DNA of 64,000 bases from positions 7,877-71,876 of the forward strand of contig JAFLSM010000003.1 in NCBI GenBank assembly GCA_022510955.1, in the 5' to 3' direction. The DNA comes from Ruminococcus sp. Lineage in GTDB: Bacteria > Bacillota > Clostridia > Oscillospirales > Acutalibacteraceae. The notes beneath the pieces were generated by a model. It searched no databases. It saw only the letters and a program-made list of their open reading frames with translations, and was not told the origin of the DNA. A program made the translations under genes and the position numbers. Each line of letters begins with the position of its first letter. The first letter of the stretch is position 1. Shown here one piece after another: positions 37,941 to 46,606 of this stretch.

Positions 37941-39407
37941 ATGAACAGAACACATATTGTTGGCTCGGTAATAGCAATTATATTATCGCTTGCTCTGATG
38001 TTTTCTGCTGTGTCAACAGGCGCCTCCGCTGCGGGAAACACAGTTACGCTTACTTTTAATGCAACTGTAGCAAACAGTATTCCGCAAGGAACTAAGGTTT
38101 CAATCGGTTCAAGCCTTAACACATGGAATCCTAAGGATACCAAATGGTATGCAACTCAGCTTGACGAGACGCATTTCAGCCTTGTCGTATCGGTAGGCAG
38201 TGAATACATTGGACAAGAAATAGAGTACAAATGGACTCTTCAGTATCCCGACAATGAGGGAAACGGTTGGGAGTATTGTGAGAGTGCAGCCGGCACGGGA
38301 CCCTTCGGAAACAGAAAATATATTGTAAAAGATGCAGATAATGTGTTAAACGATACTGTGTCTTTCCCGAATAAGCCGGAAGAAACTAAGAGTACCTTAA
38401 CCTGCGGAAAGCTTGAAACAATCGAAATGAAAATGCCGCAGTTCTCTGACGGCCGCAAGCGTACAATCCGTGTTTGGCTGCCCGACGGATATGATGCTGA
38501 AGACAGCGAAAAGAAATATTCTGTTTTGTATATGCATGACGGGCAGAATCTTTTTGATGCAGCCACATCATTTTTAGGCGAATGGGAAGTTGACGAATCT
38601 CTTACAAAGCTGATGAACAAGGGTTATGAGTCCACGATAGTAGTCGGTATTGACAACGGAGAGTTGGAGCGTTTTAATGAGCTTTCTCCAAGTTGGGAAC
38701 TAAACGCATTAGGCAAAGAATACATTTCTGCTCCTGCCGGCGAAAAATATGCAGATTTTATTGTAAACACCGTAAAGCCCTACATAGACGAGCATTACAA
38801 CACAAAGCCTCAGCGTGAGTACACAGGCATCGGAGGAAGCTCGATGGGCGGAATTATGTCTCTGTATATGGCTATGGAATACGCCGATGTTTTTGACTAT
38901 GGCATTATTTTCTCACCGGCTATGCATATTTACAATGAAGATGTCTTAGACAAATTCTTTGATAATTATAATTTTACCGCTATGAGATATCTGCCGAAGC
39001 TCTATCTGTTTGCAGGAGCAAAAACAGGAGGCTCGGAACCGGGCTCACCCTATGATGAAGCCTGCATTACAAAATATGTCGACATTATCAAAAATGATCT
39101 TACAGACAGAAATTATCCCGAGCAAATAATCGGCACACTTACAGATAAAAACGAGTATCACATCGAAAGCACTTGGGCAAAATTTTTTCCGACTGCTCTG
39201 CAATGGTTGAGCAATGCCCGAGAAATCCCGGGTGATGTGAACGGCGACGGTGTTTTGAATGTTGACGACGCAACGGCAATCCAAAAATACATATGCGCGA
39301 TTGATGTGTTGCCTTTAGAAAAACAGAGGTTAGCAGATTTTAACGGTGATTCATTTATTAACATCGAAGATGTAACTGCAATTCAGAGAAAAATTGCAGG
39401 ATTGTAA
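37941..39407 (+). CDS. Secreted alpha/beta-hydrolase (esterase) with N-terminal CBM20-like module and C-terminal dockerin
   Basis: Signal peptide ending ASA; IGSSLNTWNP...IEYKWT module; YMHDGQNLFD and GGSSMGG nucleophile; dockerin GDVNGDGVLNVDDATAIQK...ADFNGDSFINIEDVTAIQRKI. Confidence 0.85.
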   Translation: MNRTHIVGSVIAIILSLALMFSAVSTGASAAGNTVTLTFNATVANSIPQGTKVSIGSSLNTWNPKDTKWYATQLDETHFSLVVSVGSEYIGQEIEYKWTLQYPDNEGNGWEYCESAAGTGPFGNRKYIVKDADNVLNDTVSFPNKPEETKSTLTCGKLETIEMKMPQFSDGRKRTIRVWLPDGYDAEDSEKKYSVLYMHDGQNLFDAATSFLGEWEVDESLTKLMNKGYESTIVVGIDNGELERFNELSPSWELNALGKEYISAPAGEKYADFIVNTVKPYIDEHYNTKPQREYTGIGGSSMGGIMSLYMAMEYADVFDYGIIFSPAMHIYNEDVLDKFFDNYNFTAMRYLPKLYLFAGAKTGGSEPGSPYDEACITKYVDIIKNDLTDRNYPEQIIGTLTDKNEYHIESTWAKFFPTALQWLSNAREIPGDVNGDGVLNVDDATAIQKYICAIDVLPLEKQRLADFNGDSFINIEDVTAIQRKIAGL

Positions 39408-39456
39408 AATCGCAGAACTGAAAATTACACATATTTTAGCAAAGAGGGTGACATTT

Positions 39457-40257
39457 ATGAAAAAGTTTAAAAGAATGTTAAGAATGCACAGAATTTTTGT
39501 TACTCAGGAGCTAAAGCGAATGATGGAGTATAAGGGCGACTTCATTGTCGGCATCATAGGCTTTTTGCTCGGTCAATTTTTCAACTTACTTTTTCTGTGG
39601 ATAATTTTCAGCCAAATTCCAAATCTGATGGGCTGGACACTCAATCAAATTGTGTTTATCTATGGCTTTTCTTTAATTCCAAAAGGACTTGACCACCTTT
39701 TGTTTGACAACCTTTGGTCAATCGGTTACTTCACCGTACGCAAGGGTGACTTTGACAAGTATCTGACCCGACCAATCAACACACTTTTTCATGTAATGGT
39801 TGAAAAGTTGCAAATTGACGCACTCGGTGAACTGATTATGGGAATTGCGCTTGTGTGTATAACACTTCCATCAGTAGGCATTGAGTGGAGCGTGCTTAAG
39901 GTTTTACTGGCTATTGCTGTAATTCCTTTTGCGACTCTTATCTACACGGGCATAAAAACAGCTACGGCAGCTATTGCATTTTGGACAAAACGCAGTGGTA
40001 ATGTTATTTATATGTTCTATATGGTTAATGACTTTGCAAAATATCCTGTTACGATATATAATAATGTTTTAAGAAGTATAATTACATATATAATTCCGTT
40101 TGCATTTACTGCTTTTTATCCTGCAAACTATATCCTCACAGGCGAAAATCCGCTATTTAATATAGGAATGACAGTTCTGCTGTCGCTCGTAATTATGGCA
40201 ATCGGCATATTTGTGTGGAACAAGGGTATTAAAGCTTATGAAAGTGCAGGTTCGTAA
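39457..40257 (+). CDS. ABC-2 family permease (second subunit)
   Basis: SD AAAGAGGGTG; VRKGDFDKYLTRP, FAKYP, IPFAFTAFYP, YESAGS. Confidence 0.88.
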   Translation: MKKFKRMLRMHRIFVTQELKRMMEYKGDFIVGIIGFLLGQFFNLLFLWIIFSQIPNLMGWTLNQIVFIYGFSLIPKGLDHLLFDNLWSIGYFTVRKGDFDKYLTRPINTLFHVMVEKLQIDALGELIMGIALVCITLPSVGIEWSVLKVLLAIAVIPFATLIYTGIKTATAAIAFWTKRSGNVIYMFYMVNDFAKYPVTIYNNVLRSIITYIIPFAFTAFYPANYILTGENPLFNIGMTVLLSLVIMAIGIFVWNKGIKAYESAGS

Positions 40258-40262
40258 TAATT

Positions 40263-40697
40263 ATGATTAGAGAACTAAATAAGGATGATTTTGACGGCTT
40301 GCTAACGCTTTATATGCAACTGCACGACAATCCGTTTCCACAGAAATCGGATAAGGTTATGAAAGTATGGGACAGGATTAATGAGGATGAAAATTATCAC
40401 ATTATTGTTGCAGAGGAGGACGGCAAAATTGTGTCGTCCTGCACCTGCATTATCATTCCTAATCTTACGCACAATCAACGACCGTATGCCTTTGTTGAGA
40501 ATGTAGTAACTGACAAAAATCACCGTGGCAAAGGCTACGCCACAAAGTGTCTTGATTATGCAAAAAATATTGCACAACAGACAGACTGTTATAAGATAAT
40601 GCTTTTAACAGGGTCAAAGATTGACAGTACACTGAAATTTTATGAAAACGCAGGCTACAACCAAAATGACAAAACTGCATTTATTATGTGGCTTTAA
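40263..40697 (+). CDS. GNAT-family N-acetyltransferase
   Basis: VENVVTDKNHRGKGYA, KIMLLTG, FYENAGY. Confidence 0.9.
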   Translation: MIRELNKDDFDGLLTLYMQLHDNPFPQKSDKVMKVWDRINEDENYHIIVAEEDGKIVSSCTCIIIPNLTHNQRPYAFVENVVTDKNHRGKGYATKCLDYAKNIAQQTDCYKIMLLTGSKIDSTLKFYENAGYNQNDKTAFIMWL

Positions 40698-40728
40698 TTT
40701 ATAATGATGTATACGAGGAGGATTTGTT

Positions 40729-41208
40729 ATGAAACGCACAGACTACATAAACTGGGACGAATACTTTATGGGAGTGGCAATTCTTGCCTCAAAACGAAGC
40801 AAAGACCCCAACACACAGGTTGGCGCCTGCATTGTTGATAAAGATAACATTATTCTGTCAACAGGTTATAACGGATTTCCGTATGGCTGTTCAGATGATG
40901 ATTTCCCTTGGGCAAGAGAGGGAAAAGAAACAAAGTACAGTTATGTTGTTCACGCAGAGTTAAACGCTATTTTAAACTCTCGTGGCAAGGATTTAAAGGG
41001 TGCAAAACTTTATGTTGACCTCTTCCCTTGCAATGAATGTGCAAAGGCCATTATTCAGTCAGGAATCACAGAGCTTATTTATCTTTATAATAAGTATCCC
41101 GACTCTCCTGCAACGCTCGCATCACAAAGAATGTTATTATCAGCAGGCATTAAGCTGAGACAGCTTAGTACCGATGTTGATACCATCACACTCGATTTCA
41201 GAAAATAA
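40729..41208 (+). CDS. dCMP deaminase family protein (ComEB-like)
   Basis: RSKDPNTQVGACIV, HAELNAI, PCNECAK zinc motif. Confidence 0.92.
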   Translation: MKRTDYINWDEYFMGVAILASKRSKDPNTQVGACIVDKDNIILSTGYNGFPYGCSDDDFPWAREGKETKYSYVVHAELNAILNSRGKDLKGAKLYVDLFPCNECAKAIIQSGITELIYLYNKYPDSPATLASQRMLLSAGIKLRQLSTDVDTITLDFRK

Positions 41209-41232
41209 AGTTATTTATTTCAGCATAAAATT

Positions 41233-41266
41233 AGGCGTATCGTTTCTGCGGTACGCCTTTGTTTTT
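41233..41266 (+). terminator. Intrinsic terminator
   Basis: AGGCGTATCG-TTTCTG-CGGTACGCCT plus TTGTTTTT. Confidence 0.75.
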
Positions 41267-41447
41267 GTGCTTTTTTACCATTTGGCACTTGTTGCATAAT
41301 TATTTTTATATAAATAGTATAAAATGCCGAAATACAAAAAAAGAAAAATATATTTGTAGAAATATAAAATTATTTGTGATACAATATATTTGAATGCGTA
41401 TTGAACATAATTTTCACTTTTTTTACAATTTAACAGGATGGTGTATT

Positions 41448-43115
41448 ATGGATACATACAGTGTGCTTCTAAAGACAATTATGGCTCTTGGCGGTTTGGG
41501 ACTTTTCCTTATCGGTATGAAAAACATGGGTGAAGGTCTTGAACTTGCCGCAGGTAGCAAGCTGAGAAATTTGCTTGAAAAAATCACAAGCAATAAGTTT
41601 ATCGCAATGCTTGTAGGTGTTCTTGTAACAGGTGTTATTCAAAGCTCATCGGCTACAGACGCAATGGTTGTTGGTTTTGCAAACGCAGGATTAATGGAGC
41701 TTGGGCAGGCAATCGGTATTTTATTCGGTGCCAAAATCGGTACAACCGTAACCTCTCTTCTTCTTGCAATCGACATCAAGGCTTTTGTTCCTATTTTTAT
41801 CTTTCTCGGAGCAATCGTCATTACTTTCTGCAAAAAGAACAACCACAAATATTACGGTCAGATAGCCGCAGGCTTTGGTATGCTGTTCCTCGGTCTTTCA
41901 CTGATGAGTGAAAACTTGAAGTGGATGGGCGAAAGCGAGGCATTTTTAGGCATAGCTAATAATCTGAGTTTTCCGTTGCTTGGTCTTTTTGTCGGTATTA
42001 TATTTACAGGTATTATCCAAAGCTCTTCTGCGTCGGTCGGAATATTAATGGCTTTGGGTACAGCAGGAGTTATTACAGACCTTAAACAAGCTGTATTCGT
42101 TGTATTCGGCTTTAATGTCGGTGCCTGCTCGGCCGCAATTCTGTCTTCTCTGGGTGCAAATAGAACAGCAAAACAGATTGCTGTTTCAAACTTGCTAATC
42201 AGCTGTTTTGGCGCTGTAATTATGACGCTTATTGCCATATTCCTACCATTCACAGATATGATGAACTACTTCTTCCCTGCTGAAACATTAGGTATTGCAG
42301 CACAAATTTCAGCAACGCATATAATCTTTAACATTGCAATCACCATAATTCTTCTTCCATGCTCAGGATTTATTATGAAAGTTACAACACTTATTCTTCC
42401 TGACATCAACGAAGAAAAGGAAAAGATGGAAACTGTTTATCTTGACAACCGTATTCTTACAACTCCGCCTATGGCAGTTCGTCAGGTTGAAAAAGAGTGT
42501 GAACGACTTGCTTCTCTTGCTCTAAAAAATTATCGCTATGCTATAAAGGCATTCTTTGAGCATGACCAGCATCTGATTGACAAGGTTGAAAAGAACGAAA
42601 AGGTTATCGACTATCTAACTCACGAAATCACACGATATATCGTAAAAATCAACGGTCTTGATATTGTGGACAGTGACCGCAAAACAATGGGTGTTATGTA
42701 TTCGGCAATTCAGGATATTGAGCGAATCGGTGATCATGCAGAGAATATAACTGAGCATGCCCGCACAATGATGGAAACAAAGATTTCATTTACAGATGAC
42801 GCAATGGAAGAGCTCAAACAGCTTGATGAACTTGTTACAAAGCTTCTTAACGACGGCTTAAAAATGTTCAACTCTCAGCAGGTTGACTACAATCTTGCAA
42901 AGTCGGTTATTCAAACCGAAAGCGCTATTGACAGCCATGTCAAGATTTACAAGTTTAACCACATAGGCAGAATGAATGACGGCTTGTGCAGCGCAGAAAA
43001 CGGTACTATATTCCTTGATATGCTGACAATTCTTGAAAGAGTTGGTGACCATGCAAACAATGTTGCCTTTTCAATTCCTCGCAACAAGCTTGGTATGTCA
43101 CTTAAAATAAAATAA
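41448..43115 (+). CDS. Na+/Pi cotransporter with PhoU domains
   Basis: Two QSSSA repeats, GAKIGTT, C-terminal DIERIGDH/LERVGDH PhoU-like helices. Confidence 0.92.
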   Translation: MDTYSVLLKTIMALGGLGLFLIGMKNMGEGLELAAGSKLRNLLEKITSNKFIAMLVGVLVTGVIQSSSATDAMVVGFANAGLMELGQAIGILFGAKIGTTVTSLLLAIDIKAFVPIFIFLGAIVITFCKKNNHKYYGQIAAGFGMLFLGLSLMSENLKWMGESEAFLGIANNLSFPLLGLFVGIIFTGIIQSSSASVGILMALGTAGVITDLKQAVFVVFGFNVGACSAAILSSLGANRTAKQIAVSNLLISCFGAVIMTLIAIFLPFTDMMNYFFPAETLGIAAQISATHIIFNIAITIILLPCSGFIMKVTTLILPDINEEKEKMETVYLDNRILTTPPMAVRQVEKECERLASLALKNYRYAIKAFFEHDQHLIDKVEKNEKVIDYLTHEITRYIVKINGLDIVDSDRKTMGVMYSAIQDIERIGDHAENITEHARTMMETKISFTDDAMEELKQLDELVTKLLNDGLKMFNSQQVDYNLAKSVIQTESAIDSHVKIYKFNHIGRMNDGLCSAENGTIFLDMLTILERVGDHANNVAFSIPRNKLGMSLKIK

Positions 43116-43127
43116 TTTACAAAAATT

Positions 43128-43152
43128 AAGAGGTGTCGCTGACACCTCTTTT
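43128..43152 (+). terminator. Intrinsic terminator after the Na/Pi cotransporter gene
   Basis: AAGAGGTGTC-GCT-GACACCTCTT-TT. Confidence 0.85.
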
Positions 43153-43158
43153 CTTGCT

Positions 43159-43251
43159 TTATAGGAAATTGCTCGGAAACAGTCAGGTACAAAAGAGTGT
43201 TTTCATATGACGCTGTCTGCTCTGATAGGTGCAGCCACCGGTTGCCTTTTT
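43159..43251 (+). repeat. Full copy B of the terminator-following element
   Basis: TTATAGGAAATTGCTCGGAAACAGTC...ATATGACGCTGTCTGCTCTGATAGGTGCAGCCACCGGTTGCCTTTTT. Confidence 0.88.
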
Positions 43252-43268
43252 GTACAAAACTGTTAAAT

Positions 43269-43329
43269 AATACTAATCGCCAAAAGAAGAGTAGAAAAGA
43301 TAGTTAATATTCTATTGAAGATTAGTATA
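43269..43329. mobile_element. TA-ended MITE-like element, ~60-bp copy c
   Basis: AATACTAATCGCCAAAAGAAGAGTA...ATATTCTATTGAAGATTAGTATA. Confidence 0.7.
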
Positions 43330-43343
43330 AAACAAAGTATAAT
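43315..43343 (+). promoter_or_regulatory. Hybrid SigA promoter for rlmD (-35 supplied by the MITE end)
   Basis: TTGAAG (inside the MITE)-17 bp-TATAAT (outside). Confidence 0.55.
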
Positions 43344-43352
43344 GATAGAATA

Positions 43353-44648
43353 ATGATAAAAAAATGTGAGGACATTATGAGTAATACAAAGCAACATATA
43401 AAAAAGCAACATGATGTTGCTTCCAACCAGAGCAGAGAACGTTCATCTATTATAAAGCATCAGTCAACCGACTGCGATGTACAGGCTACTTCCAATAAAG
43501 TGAAAAATAACAACTGCCCTGTATATAAAAAATGCGGAGGCTGTCAGCTGCAAAATTTAACATATAAACAACAGCTTGAATTTAAGCAAAAAAAGGTTGA
43601 AAGGCTATTGAAAAAATACTGCAATGTTATGCCAATTATAGGAATGGACACACCGTATCACTATCGTAACAAGGTGCAGGCGGCGTTCCGCACAACAAAG
43701 CAGGGCAAGATAATATCCGGTGTTTATCAGAGCGGAACTCATCATATTGTGGGCATTGACAGCTGTCAGACAGAGGACGAAACTGCCGATAAAATTATTG
43801 TTGCAGTTCGCAAGCTGATGCCGTCATTTAAGATGAGCACCTATAACGAGGACACAGGCAAGGGATTTTTGCGTCATATTCTTGTCAAAAGAGGCTTTGC
43901 AACAAATCAGGTTATGCTTGTGCTTGTGACAGGAACACCTGTTTTTCCGTCAAAAAATAACTTTGTAAAGGCAATCAGAACGCAGTTTCCGCAAATTACA
44001 ACCATAGTTCAGAACGTCAATCCATACAGCACAAACTTAGTACTTGGCGATAATCAAAAGGTACTTTACGGCAAGGGCTATATTGAGGATATTTTATGCA
44101 GATGCAAGTTCAGGATTTCGCCTAAAAGCTTTTATCAAATTAACCCGGTGCAGACCGAGGTGCTCTACAACACTGCAATGGACTATGCTCAGCTTAAGGG
44201 CAATGAAATTGTGCTTGATACCTACTGCGGAATCGGCACAATCGGCATTGTAGCCGCAAAACGAGGTGCAGGCAGGGTAATCGGAGTTGAGCTTAACCCT
44301 GACGCTGTTCGTGATGCTGTTGTAAATGCAAAGGCAAACGACTTAAAGAACATACGATTTTTTAGGGGTGATGCAGGCGAGTTTATGTATGAAGTTGCAA
44401 ACGAAGACGAAAAGCCTGATGTAGTGTTTATGGATCCGCCAAGAGCAGGCAGTGACAAAAAGTTTTTGAGTTCGCTTATTAGAATGTCACCCAAAACGGT
44501 TGTATATATCTCCTGCAACCCCGAAACAATGGCAAGAGATTTGGAATATCTAACACAAAACAGCGATTATAAGGTTCAGAAAATCCAGCCCGTAGATATG
44601 TTCCCGCATACGGCGCATATAGAGTGTGTGGCATTGATTACAAGGTAA
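43353..44648 (+). CDS. rlmD: 23S rRNA (uracil-1939-C5)-methyltransferase
   Basis: CPVYKKCGGCQLQ Fe-S motif, YRNKVQ, SFYQIN, DTYCGIG, DPPRAG, YISCNP, DMFPHTAHIECV. Confidence 0.93.
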   Translation: MIKKCEDIMSNTKQHIKKQHDVASNQSRERSSIIKHQSTDCDVQATSNKVKNNNCPVYKKCGGCQLQNLTYKQQLEFKQKKVERLLKKYCNVMPIIGMDTPYHYRNKVQAAFRTTKQGKIISGVYQSGTHHIVGIDSCQTEDETADKIIVAVRKLMPSFKMSTYNEDTGKGFLRHILVKRGFATNQVMLVLVTGTPVFPSKNNFVKAIRTQFPQITTIVQNVNPYSTNLVLGDNQKVLYGKGYIEDILCRCKFRISPKSFYQINPVQTEVLYNTAMDYAQLKGNEIVLDTYCGIGTIGIVAAKRGAGRVIGVELNPDAVRDAVVNAKANDLKNIRFFRGDAGEFMYEVANEDEKPDVVFMDPPRAGSDKKFLSSLIRMSPKTVVYISCNPETMARDLEYLTQNSDYKVQKIQPVDMFPHTAHIECVALITR

Positions 44649-44674
44649 AAAGATGAATTTTGGAGGATGCTTTT

Positions 44675-45283
44675 TTGAAAAACATTATTACTATTCAACA
44701 CACACAATCAGTCCATCACACAAATGGTATGGTTGGTTCTTGGACGGATTGGGAATTGACTGAATTAGGAGTACAGCAAGCAAATAAAATTGGCGAAAAA
44801 TTAAAAGCTGAATTTCCGAAAACACAATTTGTTATGTATTCCTCGGACTTACTTCGTGCAAAGCAAACAGCTGAAATTATCGGTAAGCATTTGGGTGTTA
44901 ATTCAATTTTAAAAGTTGAATTAAGAGAACGAAATCTTGGAAAATGTTGCGGAAAATCTGTTCAGTGGCTTCGTGAAAATCTTGAAATGCAAGAAAAAAC
45001 TATTGATGACAGATTATTTTCTGACGCTGAAAGTCGTAGAGATGAATGGAACAGACTAAAGCCGTTTTTTGACGAAATAATGGCAAGTGAAGATAAAAAT
45101 ATTATCATTGTTTCTCACGGAGATTTATTAAGTGTGTTCAATACAATGTTTTTAGGATTAGGTGTTGAAAACATAAACAACTTTGAGTTATTTGGCTTAA
45201 CAGGTGGAGTTTCATATATGTTTGAAAACAATTATGGAAAAAGATTTATTAAGAAAATGAGTGACATGTCATATATTGACTAA
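44675..45283 (+). CDS. Histidine phosphatase family protein (QH variant of the RHG motif)
   Basis: TTG start after GGAGG; IQHTQS, SSDLLRAKQTA, LRERNLG, VSHGD. Confidence 0.85.
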   Translation: MKNIITIQHTQSVHHTNGMVGSWTDWELTELGVQQANKIGEKLKAEFPKTQFVMYSSDLLRAKQTAEIIGKHLGVNSILKVELRERNLGKCCGKSVQWLRENLEMQEKTIDDRLFSDAESRRDEWNRLKPFFDEIMASEDKNIIIVSHGDLLSVFNTMFLGLGVENINNFELFGLTGGVSYMFENNYGKRFIKKMSDMSYID

Positions 45284-45556
45284 ATCTCCAGAGTTATGAC
45301 AATTTAAAGAATTATTCCAACTCTCGGATTTTATTTATTATTATGAAATCAGATAATCATGCACAGACATTAAAATTAAAGTATGTAAAATTATGAAATA
45401 AAATGCTCTCATTTTGGCCGTAGTCTGACCATATTAATTGATAATAGAATAAATTATAAATTTTCATTTCACATACAAAAAATTATTATTTTAATTTAAA
45501 AAACTGCAAATATTAATATTAGAAAATAAAATGGTATTAATATTAGGAGAGTTAAA

Positions 45557-46039
45557 ATGATAGTCATGGATGAAAATGGAAACGAACTGATTGACATTAT
45601 CAAAATTGGTGAAAATGAAATTGATAATTACTCACCTGTCAATCACGCTTTATTGGTTGTTAAAATAGATGATGATTACCTTTTTGGGTGGAATCACTTC
45701 AGAAAAAGCTGGGAAATTTTCGGCGGTTGCATTGAGAACGGCGAAGGTGCTAAACAATGCATTATTCGAGAGGCAAACGAGGAACTTGGGCTTGATAATG
45801 CCGATGTTACCTTTATTGGACTGATGAAGTACAAAAAGGTAACGGATTATTTTAATCCGAATCCGCACATAGAATACGGCGGATTATACGGAATAACTTT
45901 GCAAAAATCAAAGCTTAATTCAATCAGAAATCACAGAAAAGACAGAGCTGAAATTGAAAAACTTTCGCTTTACAGTAATATAGCTGACAGAGAAAACATA
46001 TCAATTATCGCTGAAAAACTGTTAGAATATTGGCAATAG
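45557..46039 (+). CDS. NUDIX hydrolase
   Basis: WEIFGGCIENGEGAKQCIIREANEELG Nudix box. Confidence 0.85.
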   Translation: MIVMDENGNELIDIIKIGENEIDNYSPVNHALLVVKIDDDYLFGWNHFRKSWEIFGGCIENGEGAKQCIIREANEELGLDNADVTFIGLMKYKKVTDYFNPNPHIEYGGLYGITLQKSKLNSIRNHRKDRAEIEKLSLYSNIADRENISIIAEKLLEYWQ

Positions 46040-46255
46040 TCGCTCTGCTTTTAAAATATATCAAACAGCTAAATTAAAAAGCATTTTATTACAATCTGTT
46101 AATTCTATTAGTGAAAAAAGTCTTGTTTTTTATTTCTTTATAAGAATTTATAACCAAATTGTTACTCCATTTGGGCATATTAAAAATAAAAATAACAGCA
46201 TTTTAATAAATTGAGTACAACTTTGCCAAAAATCGGTTACAATTTCAAAAGTCCG

Positions 46256-46284
46256 TTGACTTTACTACAATATTGTAGTATCAT
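46256..46284 (+). promoter_or_regulatory. SigA promoter upstream of murA containing a perfect 18-bp palindrome
   Basis: TTGACT-17 bp-TATCAT; TACTACAAT/ATTGTAGTA at 46263-46280. Confidence 0.65.
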
Positions 46285-46397
46285 TTTCTTATGAAGAATT
46301 GTACAGTTACATCTGCGTAACCACAATTTGTTGTATGATATAAAATTGTCATTATCAATATATAGTTTTTTGTTTATTACTAATAGATATTTCGTTT

Positions 46398-46553
46398 TAT
46401 ACTAATCGCCAATAGAAGAGTAAAATTGATTTTCGAGCAGATTTTATGCTGTACAAGGACGACGCAGGCAGGCTGACGTCTGTCAAGGAGTAGGACGCAA
46501 TACAGCGCAAAATCTAACGGAAAGATATCTACTATTATATTGAATATTAGTAT
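46398..46553 (+). mobile_element. TA-ended MITE-like element, ~156-bp long copy d
   Basis: Terminal TATACTAAT.../...ATTAGTAT; internal GATTTT.TGCTGTA...GCAGGCTGACGYCTGT...TACAGYGCAAAAT shared with 48083-48231. Confidence 0.8.
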
Positions 46554-46606
46554 TAATTTAGGCACTTAAAGGTTATTGAACACAATACGAATTGGAGTGT
46601 ATATTT

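Noticed and set aside
46263-46280. NrdR box
   Set aside because: Arm spacing and bases do not fit the 16-bp NrdR consensus, and murA is not an expected target.
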